NCBI GenBank assembly: GCA_002633005.1
Contig: NMRA01000194.1
Coordinates: 144,458 to 208,457 of the forward strand
From: Phoronis australis
Taxonomy: Eukaryota; Animalia; Phoronida
Direction of reading: 5' to 3'
DNA length: 64,000 nucleotides
Made by a program: the position numbers and the translations under genes. The notes below the pieces were generated by a model that worked only from the letters and a program-made list of their open reading frames with translations, made no database searches and was not told the DNA's origin. This document shows positions 1-9,548 of the stretch, piece after piece (positions within the stretch are counted from its first letter, which is position 1; each line of letters begins with the position of its first letter).

Positions 1-236
1 GCCATTTGAAAACCAGGACCAAGGAACATCTAAATTCTGACAGTAATTCACATGTAAATATTCACCTGCAGAGCTCCAATCATTGTTATCAGCAGTGCTC
101 TTTCAATGACTTTGCAATAATAGACCAGGCAGTAACAACAAAGGAGCTTAAAATTCGTGAGGCTTTACATATCAGTTGGTGCAAGCCCAATCTCAATAGG
201 CAACTGACACACCACAGGTTGTCATTGTTGGTATAG
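1..236 (+). pseudogene. 3' end of a Penelope-like retroelement ORF (C-terminal part of GIY-YIG endonuclease)
   Basis: Translation RTKEH..SHV..H..F.IID...LKIREALHI..KPNLNRQ matches the C-terminal half of Penelope GIY-YIG domains; it is followed by a hammerhead ribozyme, as in Penelope pseudo-LTRs. Truncated by the window edge. Confidence 0.8.
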
Positions 237-316
237 TTCATTGTCACTCCCTGTAACTGACTGTATCTGTGCTTCATTACTTGTTGCTGGGCCTAGCTAG
301 GTGGCCACTGTATTAT

Positions 317-364
317 GACTTCTGAGGATGGTGTTTAATAAATGACACCGAAACATGTCAAGTT
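317..364 (+). ncRNA. Minimal type I hammerhead ribozyme (Penelope-associated)
   Basis: GACTT-CTGAGGA-T-GGTGTT(taataaat)GACACC-GAAA-CATGTC-AAGTT: CUGANGA and GAAA cores, 6-bp stem II, palindromic ACATGT stem III, GUC cleavage triplet (cut after 359), stem I GACTT/AAGTT. Confidence 0.85.
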
Positions 365-1484
365 TTAAATCCGTTGTTGTTTTCGTGAACATATGCTGTT
401 ACTTGCTATCATGGAAATATTTGATTTCAATAAAACCAGTCGAACTCGCATTGAATGTGAAAATTTTAAGTCTGAATATGCAAACATTTGCGACATTCTA
501 GTATTCCACAACCCGGTAAAAATTCGAAAGCATATACTCAATCCCAAAGTCAAATCACACAGATTTTCCTTATTTGCATTGAATTATTCGGTGCAATTAG
601 ATAGGAATTATGCAAGTTTCACTGTGCATAACAATAGTTAACATGTTGACTGGCGAGAGTTCACTTGGGTACATTGTGATCTATGCCGGGGGGTATTCTA
701 GATAGGGTACTAGTAGTGGGATCGGGATGTCCTTTCGCATTCAATAACCCAGATCTTCCCGACAAACCTGAGCACATCAGTCAAAATAGGCTATACAATA
801 GTAACATTGGTGATTTTTAATTTTGAAAACATGCGCACACCCAGGGGAGGCTCGAACGAGCACCCCCCCCCCCCCNCCCCCCCCCCCCCACTTGCCGAAG
901 TGGGCATGAAAAGGTCAGCCTCATAGAAACAAAAAAGGAGAAAACGAGACACAAGTCCACTAAAAAGCTGTAATTCAGGAATGCACTGTGCACAGCTCTG
1001 AACATCCGTTTTTTTAGTAAAAGGTCAACATGCCCAAAAATTTGAGCACCCCCATATTTTAAGATGGGTGCGTGGATGAGGCAAGTAAACCTTGCAAATT
1101 ATTGACCTGCAGCGATATGAGATTTCAAAATGAGGAGCTTCCAAGTATTACCACTAACATAGACACAAGCACACAATGCCAATACACCCAACTTGGGAAA
1201 TTATTACACTTTGCCTTGGTAGTCCACCCCCTTGCATTGATACTCATTGACACAACTTCAGAAGACAGAAATATAATAGAGCAACATGTCGAGTGACGAG
1301 AAGAAACACTTCACCAGAAAGTCTCTAACACCTGGCAGGAAGTCAGCTGGTAACAAGTTCTTCAGCTCTAGTCACAACAGATTGTCCACAGACTTGTTTG
1401 ACCAAGTAAAGCACCCAAGTAGAGCGTATGACTTCAATCTTGACAGTGAAGGCTTGAGTCAGTCTAGTGCCAGTAGCTCTCCTT

Positions 1485-2405
1485 TCAAGAAACTGGCTGC
1501 ATCATGGCTACGTTCAACCCTGCCTCCTTATCCCACGATCCGTAGCACAACCTCAACACCGCCTGTCTCATCATGTATTCCTCTGGCACTCCCCTAAACG
1601 CCTTACTTGCCATACTCCACACCCTATCGCCCCATTCATGAACAGACTCCTCCTTACCTTGCACTAAACCCATAAACTCTAACTGAACTATCTCTGGTGA
1701 CCCCAGCGAGCTAAATCTCTTCTCTAATTGCGTGCAGGCCTCAAAATATGTACTTTCCCCGTTCCGTTCTAAATACGTAGTCAAAAACTCTCCCGCCGCA
1801 CCCTCCAAACAAAAAATCAAATTATCCAGACACTCTCTATCCGACCATCCTTGCCCAACAGCATACCTATTAAACTTCATATGAAATGCCGACCAACTAG
1901 ACTTACCATTATACGTCATACTTCTCACTCCCAGCATCTTACCTCTACCACTATCCCTCTGTCCTTGTCTGCTCCTATCACTCCGCTTACTTATAACCTC
2001 ACGTCTACCCCATTGCAGATCCTAGTCTTCCTACTCGCTCCCCTCTACCCCACCTTTAAATCGCCAGGACCGCTAGTCTCCCACACCTTTCACACTCACC
2101 TTACTCCTCACTTCATCCTCATCACTCCCCGCAAAATCCACCGTATCAAAACTAGGTAAAGCATCCACCGGTGTACTAGGCCCCATCTGGACCCTCTTCG
2201 TATTCACAAACTCTAACGCCACGCCCCTTTTGTCCAGAACTTCCCTTCTAACCAAACACTGTTTTAAAGTAATTAACTGTATCCTAACCTCATGATCCAA
2301 AAATTCCGCCTTCTCCAATGCCGCAACCGATAACCCTCTCAAAGTATTTATAATACAGACAATGTCCTTCTGTTCTTCAGCCATTGCAGAAAAAACACTA
2401 TCCAC
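1485..2405 (-). pseudogene. Degraded Gypsy gag (capsid region)
   Basis: ORF 1485-1937 (WSAFHMKFNRYA..W...CL..L..CLEGAA.EFL...LEKRF..QLEF...Q..EESVHEWGDR) aligns by eye with the gag of the 2929-12182 element; several in-frame stops separate it from ORF 2073-2405. Confidence 0.75.
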
Positions 2406-2792
2406 GTATTATTTACCTTGTCAAAATTCAAACCACACCCCTTTTCCCGCCACACACTATAACTGAACAATATTCCCAACAAAACACAAAAAACCGATAA
2501 CCGAATACAAATCCTTTTCCTTTAACACACCTAAAGCATATCTTTAAAGTATAAACCTATACGGTAACCATCCCACTCCTGACACCAATCTGTAGAATGC
2601 CTACCTGAACAATAACCACAGCACCAGCTTGAAGCGTCCGATCAGACTCAAGAGTAGACCCGGAGTGGCACTCAACCAAACAATAAAACACAACCGGTCA
2701 GCATCGGAGAAGTCCGTAAATATTACCCACCATACAATAGCCTTATGTGAACGTTATGGCTTCCTCTGATGGACATCCAGAAGTATATTACA
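1490..2792 (-). mobile_element. Truncated Ty3/Gypsy element (putative 5' LTR, PBS and degraded gag only)
   Basis: 18-nt PBS at 2570-2587; the LTR 3' end CA maps to 2591-2592, 3 nt away. The far LTR end is tentative (TGTA on the - strand at 2792). Gag homology runs to about 1490 and then stops. Confidence 0.75.
2570..2587 (-). other. Primer binding site, tRNA-Leu
   Basis: - strand TGGTGTCAGGAGTGGGAT is complementary to the 3' end of eukaryotic tRNA-Leu(CAG-type), ATCCCACTCCTGACACCA. Confidence 0.85.
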
Positions 2793-2928
2793 CGTTAGAA
2801 GTTTAGATAATTCACACACAGTATGAGTCCATGTCGGCATGTCGGTATGTGACAGCGTGACGCGTGAGTGGCTGACAATAACAACTAAACTTAACACGTT
2901 CGTTGGAAATCACAGAACCGATTGTGGC

Positions 2929-3172
2929 TGTTGTAATCGGCAACATCATTGGCCCTTTGTTTTTCCTGTGGCGTTTTGTGATTGGTCTGTTTTTGTGTGT
3001 TCCCCGTATGTCCCCTATACAAGTCGTTGGCGCCACTGTCGGATGGTTTTTTTTCAAGAACCGGCAAGACGAGTCGTCTATGGTTGCTCCGCTTGGCGTC
3101 AACTGACTGACTTATATCTTCATAAAAGTAAGTACTCTTGTGCCTAACTAGTGAACCTGTAGGAATGCAACA
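2929..3172 (+). repeat. 5' LTR (244 bp)
   Basis: TGTTGTA...TGCAACA; 9 substitutions and no indels versus the 3' LTR (about 96% identity, counted by eye). Confidence 0.97.
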
Positions 3173-3174
3173 TT

Positions 3175-3188
3175 TGGCGTAGTCGGCA
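3175..3188 (+). other. Primer binding site, tRNA-Ser
   Basis: TGGCGTAGTCGGCA, 2 nt after the LTR, complementary to the 3' end of tRNA-Ser(AGA-type), ...TGCCGACTACGCCA. Confidence 0.9.
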
Positions 3189-3567
3189 CTAGTTAGGGGT
3201 ACCATAAGAGTATTTAACCGACTAGTTCAGACGGCTTTTACCTGTCCAGGGCTTTTTCTTTCGTCCGGGGGGGAAATTTGGAGAATTTAGTCCGTGCCGT
3301 GCTAACAGGTGGTTAGTACGGTGGCCAAGGGGTTCTTGGTCTTTAGGTAGAGTTGGTTTTAGGTTGTTTGGGCCTTATTTTTTGGGGTTTTTGAGGTTTA
3401 TTTTTGGCTTTTTGGTATTTTTGGGTTTGTTTGCCGGTTCGACTGGGTGTGGTCCCCTTTTGACTTAAGTCACGTGGTAGGCAGTGTTTTGGTTATAAAC
3501 ACCGATTCATTACCTTACCTTTAGCCCTTCTGTAATGGATATATATATTGGCCGTTGATAGTCAACC

Positions 3568-5113
3568 ATGTCAGTAGGTTTCAAAATTCCTACTAACTAC
3601 TGCCGTGAGTCAGACTTGTTAGATTTGCCGGGAGTTGACGAAGATATCGTCCTGCAAATAGTTGACTTCCGGGAGAGATGCCCTATCGGTCGTCACAATA
3701 TTTACCAGATATCTGACGATTGGATAGTGACCAGCGCGGTGACTGACCGGGTGGATTATTCCTTAACCCCCAGTTCAGGTTCCCGAAACTCTGATTTGTC
3801 GGCGGGGTTAGCTCAAGTGGCTGACGCTTGCGACAGGCTGAATAGGTCCCCTAGTCCTCGTTTGGATAGAACCACTAGGTACCGAGGGGGCTCCCGATAC
3901 CAAGTCGATGAGGGTAGGCGCGACAGTGGTATAAGTCCCGGCGTTTATACTCCTCCTAGTAGGCGAAGAGGGTATTCGGGAAACATAGGAGGTAGGTGTG
4001 ACAGTGGTCTGGATCCCGACACTTTTACTTCTCCTGTTCGCCCAAGGGGGTACTGGGAAAACAGAGAGGGAAGGCGTGACAGAGGCGGAAGTCCCGGCGC
4101 AAGAAATGCCAGGGGGTATAAAGTAGATTCGCATGCTCCTCATAATTTAGTTTTCAAGGGCTTGCGTAATACGTGGAAATATTTCCACTGGAAGTTTAGC
4201 CGTTTTGCTATGGAAAACTTCTGGTCTGGGGATAAATGCTTAGCAGAGCTAAGTCTCTGCTGTGAAGGGGATGCACTCCGCTTTCTTTGTAATTTTACAG
4301 AAAGTCGGCCAGAGGCATTGTATGACGAAGTAGTGGAAGCAATGAGGAAACGTTTTGGTGTTGCTTCGGGGAGTAGACCAACTACAATTTCACTCCGCAT
4401 CCCAAAAACAACCCGAGTCCCTACATCAATGGGCTGACAGGCTGAATCATCTGTATTTTTCGGCCTTCCCAAACCCCTCAGATGGTGACCGCCATCAGGC
4501 CATACTAAAGTTTTGCTTGGGGTTAAGTGATCAGGATATAGGCAAGCAGGTGTTAAATGGTCGCCACGAATCCACAGACCAAGCACTAATGCCATCGCGT
4601 AAGAGTGTTACCTTTAGGGGAGATGAACTGAGCGAGGATGTTAGTAGGCTACGTCTCGTCTCTAGTCAAAAAAGATCACCCATTAGGTTTTCGCCAATTT
4701 CGGGTCGCCAATCCCCACCTGATTCCCCCAACAGTTCTCCCGGGTCTAGCAACTTGGCAGAGAGGTGCAGAGTGTTAGAGTCACGGGTAGATTTTTTGAC
4801 AGAGGATAATAAAGCTCTGCGTAAACAAATGGACAATCTGTCCAAAGAAATGAACACAAATTTCTCTAAAGTTGAAGGTCGTTTTTCTAAGATAGACACC
4901 AATTTAGAGAAAATGCTGGTTTATTAGCCTCGGGCCGGGCGTCTCTTAGAAAATCTCCGTCCAGATCGCAATTCTCCGCGAACAGCCGGAGAGTGTTTCA
5001 ATTGTGGGGAGACTGGTCATTTTAAATATTCATATCCCAATAAACCATCGGCCAAAGTAAGACTAGCCTCAACGTCTCCAGATTGTTTAAACTGGAACGG
5101 ACTGAAGGACTAG
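3568..5113 (+). pseudogene. gag: HhH-like N-terminus, R/S/G-rich repeats, capsid, coiled coil, zinc knuckle
   Basis: ORFs 3568-4437 and 4355-4927 are joined by a frameshift. After a premature TAG at 4925 the frame continues to CFNCGETGHFKYSYP (CCHC knuckle, last C changed to Y) at 4994-5038 and ends at TAG 5111-5113. Confidence 0.88.
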
Positions 5114-5128
5114 GTCTAAATTCAGTCC
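5086..5128 (+). promoter_or_regulatory. -1 programmed ribosomal frameshift signal (gag-pol)
   Basis: Slippery heptamer T TTA AAC at 5086-5092 in the gag frame, 6-nt spacer, then stem GGACTGAA/TTCAGTCC (5099-5128). The -1 frame is the protease frame. Confidence 0.8.
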
Positions 5129-8100
5129 ATGATTCCCAATCAGGCCTATCAGACTATTCAACTCTGATTGGTTTGGTGGGAGGGATCAAAAAGCAGTTAA
5201 AACGTGCAAATAAGAAATCTTAGAAAACTGTTCGTTCCACGGGGTTTGGGACGGATTCTGAAGATTCTTTCTCACTAGCAGATTCCGACAGTGATTCTAA
5301 TCCGGGTTCTCTTGCTAGTAAGGATACGTTGACTATAGATCCACCTATCAAGTCAGATCTAGATCGAGCGACTCTGGACGTAGTACTGACCGACTCTGAT
5401 TCAATAAAATCGTCGCCGGAGGTAGTAAACATATGTAAACTATCTTCAGGTCGTACGTATTATATTCCCATAGAGTTGAAGGGTTTGAGGTTAAATAGTA
5501 TCCTGGATAGTGGTGCCGACAGTACTGTAATTTCTACCAGGGTATCTAAATTTCTCTCGGGCGTCCAAGCCGTGCACGATGTAAAGGTGACAACGGCCGC
5601 CGAAGGTCTGGCTCTTGGGGGGTTCAGAACCAATAACATTCCCATTACTATTAATTCCAAAACATATCGAACCTCAGTGGTAGTTTCGGATATTCAGGAC
5701 GATTGCCTCTTGGGGTTAGACATCATGAAACAATTGGGATGTGTTCTGAACATGAGAGGATAAACTGACTATTGAGGGGAAAACAATTCCAATGGAATAC
5801 GGTACCCCATCCAGATATCTTCCTCCCGTGGTAGTGAACTCCAGTGTTTTAATTCCTGCCAATACGGTGAAGAGGTTAAGTGGGATCGAATTTCCAAAGA
5901 TTTCCCCCATGGTTATGTTTGATCCGTCTCAATCGCTAGATCCACGTATTTCGATCCCCCGCTCAATACATGACCCCCAATCCTGTTCTTCCCTTTTTGT
6001 TTCCAATTCATCGGAACATGGGGTAAGATTAACAGGAGGGACTACATGTATCTTAGGGGTAGTGGAACCCGTGGAATCTGAGGGGGTAAAAGATACTCAG
6101 GTTCGGGAACACTGCTCAGTTAAGGTAGCCAAGGCAAAGGAAACTCCTGGGGGCGTTGAGACACTGTCGGGGAAATTACCAAGGCGAACTCCTGGGAATG
6201 TTAATGCACTGTCGGGAGGTTTACCAGAAAAGCTAACTTCGCTGTTCGACCAATCTTCAATTCATTTAAGTGAGGGGGAAAAGTCACAGTTGAAGAAGCT
6301 ATTGTTAGAATTTGAAGATGTGTTCGCTGCCAGTGATTTGGATCTAGGAAATTTTACGGCATTAGAGCATGTCATATACACCGGGACAGCAAAACCTGTT
6401 AAAATGGGTATGCGCCGGACGCCAGCCTGTTTTGTGCAGGAAGAGGAGGATAATCTAAAGAAAATGTTAAATGCAGGAGTAATTGTTCCCTCCTGTGTTA
6501 ATCCGCAAGGCTGACGGGACAGTGCGTCACTGTATTGACTACAGGGCGTTAAATAGTGTTACCCAAAAAGATGCATGGCCGTAACCATTAATTGAAGAAT
6601 GTATAGACCTTCTTGCTGGAAATGTTTGGTTTAGTAAGTTAGATGCAAACTCTGCTTATTGGCAAATCAAAATCCGTGAGGAAGACCGTAAAAAAACTGC
6701 ATTCATTACAAAATATGGTTTGTACGAGTTTCGCTCTATGCCTTTTGGTTTATGTGGAGCTCCTAGTACATTTTCTCGGGCCATGAGTCTGGTTTTAAGA
6801 GGTTTGAACTGGAACACGGTATTGGCGTTTCTAGACGACATATTAGTGTTGGGTACCAGTTTTGAGGACCACCGGTCTAATCTTACAGGCGTTCTTGCTC
6901 GTTTCCGGGAGTTCGGCCTGAGATTAAAACCCAGAAAGTGCGTCCTGTTTCAAAAGAAAGTAGAATTTCTGGGTAGGACGGTGGGTCCGGAAGGGTTGGA
7001 GATGGGAAATGACAACATTAAGAAAGTCCAAGAATGGCCTATAGTAAGAAACAGTGTCAAAGTTTCTTGGGTTTCGCAAATTACCATAGGCTATTCATCA
7101 AAGATTTTGCAAAATTAGCCGTACCTCTTTATGAGATTACAGGGTCGAAGAAAACCTTTCAGTGGGACGATGCACAACAGAATGCTTTCGATCAATTAAA
7201 GGTAGCTCTAAGATCACCACCTGTTTTAGCCTTACCGAATAAAAATGACGAATTTATTCTTGATTGTGACGCCTCTGATAAGGCTATTGGCTGTTGTTTT
7301 TCCCAAGTCCAGAACGGGTTGGAGCGAGTTATCTCGTACTCCAGCTTCGCTTTAGTGGACGAACAAAAACGTTATTGTACTTCTCGAAAGGAGCTGCTGG
7401 CTGTTGTACGATTTACACACCAGTTCAGACATTACCTCTTGGGTAGGAAATTTAAAGTACGGACGGATCACAGTAGTTTGAGATGGCTGTTAAACTTCAA
7501 ATCTCCTTCGGGACAATTAGCTCGTTGGATATTACAGTTACAGCAGTTTTCGGGTATGGAAATAATATACCGTCCCGGAGTTAAACATATCAATGCTGAT
7601 GCTTTGTCACGTATTCCTTCGTCCTCCTGCCCCGCGTACAAGCTAGGGGTAGAACCCATAGACCTTCCTTGTGGGGGTTGTCCCACTTGTTGCAAATCTC
7701 ATAAGGAATGGTATAATTTCGTACAGGAAGTTGACGACACTATCCCTCTTGCACAACGCCCCCGGGCAGTTAGGGTTGACAAAAGTACCAATACCCGTCC
7801 GCGATCTGTGTATGTGTCTGATACGCACAAACACTCTGTGTTGGATAGTCAAAACGTCCCAGAAGAGTTTATCCCCGACAACTTAGGAGAGGAGGGGTTT
7901 GTATTAACTATACGTAATCCCGAGTTGACGGATGTCTCTTGTATGGATGACTGTTTCCTAATCTCCATAGATAGGGATGATCGAAACACTTGTTTTGCGA
8001 GAGCATTGTCAATCGAGGATGAAACAGACTTTGACCGCAAGCAGAGGGAGGACACAAATCTGACTTTCCTATTTGACTGGTATGATAATGGTGTTGAACC

Positions 8101-9526
8101 GTCACAATTCCGCTTGTTTATCGCCAGCGCTACGGCCAAAAACTATTGGCTCAATAGGGAGCGGTTTGTTGTGTCGAATAATTTATTATATTGGAAGGCT
8201 CCAGATGAGGAAGATATTCTAAAACTAGTAGTGCCCGAGTCCTGCAAGTCAGATATTATAAAGCATTGTCATGACTTACCGTCCGCAGGTCACCAGGGAA
8301 TTGACCGTACCAAAGCAAAGTTGAAAGCTAAGTATTATTGGCGTGGTATGGCCGCGAGTGTAAAATCTTATATTGAAACATGTGCTGGCTGTAATTTAAA
8401 TAAGCAAGGTAGAGGCCGCCATGGTAAGTTTCCCTTAACTACAATCCATGCAGGGGTGCCCATGGAATGAGTCCATTTAGATTTCCTGGGTCCACTCCCT
8501 ATATCAGATCAGGGCAATGAATATATCCTCATGATGGTAGACCAGTTCACCAAGTGGGTGGAATGTGTAGCCCTCCCGTCGCAGACGGCAGAGGTCACGG
8601 CGAACGCTGCAATGGGCCAGTTCTTTAGTAGATTTGGGTTCCCATTGCAGTTGTTTACCGATCAGGGACGAAATTTTGAAAGTCACTTGTTCCGTCATAT
8701 TTGTTCCCTTTTAAAAATCCAGAAAACAAGAACGACTGCGTATAGGCCCTCTTCTAACGGACAATGTGAGCGATTCAATCGTACCCTGATGGATGCAATA
8801 CGTTGTTATGTCAGTCGTTTCCAAACTGATTGGGATATGTATTTACCCCAAATTGCTGGTGCTATCCGGTCTTGTGTTAATCGTCATACTGGCTTTACAG
8901 CTAATAAAATGATGCTGGGACGGGAAACAATTCAGCCAGTAGACCTCATGTATCCCCCGCCCTTACAGGATGCTGAGGACCCAATAGGTTATGTAAACCG
9001 GCTCAGTAAAGCGATTACTCAAACTCACGAGATAGATAGAAGAACATTGCAGACTACCCAAGCTGTTATGAAACGCGATTATGATGTGTCTATGGTCAAA
9101 CGTTCATATAGTATTGGAGATTTAGTCTATGTCCTTGATTCAGCTAGTGTTAAGGGGAAGTGTAAAAAATTATTACCCCCTTGGAAAGGGCCGGCCATTG
9201 TTCTCGAGGTCATTACTCCCTATCAATTTCGAATTAGACACGAGAATTTTGTGTCGGTAGTCAATCATGACCGTCTGAAACTCTGTAAGGATAGGTTTCA
9301 AGACCTACCTATCTGGCTTAAGAGAATGATCCAGGTAAATTCCACAGTGAACCGGGATAGTCTAGCAGAAGACACCGAAGTATACTGTTTTTGTAGGAGA
9401 CCTGATCATGGCGGGTTCATGATTGCTTGTGACGTATGTGATGAGTGGTATCATGGGGAATGTGTAAGCATTACCACTGATGACGCACTGCACATTGACC
9501 GGTACATCTGTCCTGGTTGTGAATAA
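5092..9526 (+). pseudogene. pol polyprotein: aspartic protease, reverse transcriptase, RNase H, integrase, C-terminal PHD finger
   Basis: ILDSGA protease; RT motifs KTAF, MPFGL and FLDD; RNase H CDAS..IG and TDHSSL; integrase HHCC (HDLPSAGHQG..CAGC), TDQGRNF, NGQCERFNRTL and WKGP; PHD at the end. Interrupted by stops (5221, ~6582, 8468) and frameshifts (~5760, ~6495, ~7045). Confidence 0.95.
9381..9523 (+). other. PHD finger at the integrase C-terminus
   Basis: VYCFCRRPDHGGFMIACDVCDEWYHGECVSITTDDALHIDRYICPGC: complete C4-H-C3 pattern, in frame with the integrase ORF 8531-9526. Confidence 0.93.
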
Positions 9527-9548
9527 CATTTGCTTTGCAATATTTCAG

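Noticed and set aside
1286-1597. 103-aa + strand ORF as a host exon
   Set aside because: No recognisable domain, its second half is just the antisense of gag, and there is no supported splice structure.
3808-4595. Antisense ORFs within gag, and similar ones within pol and ORF3
   Set aside because: Shadow ORFs of the coding strand with no recognisable motifs.
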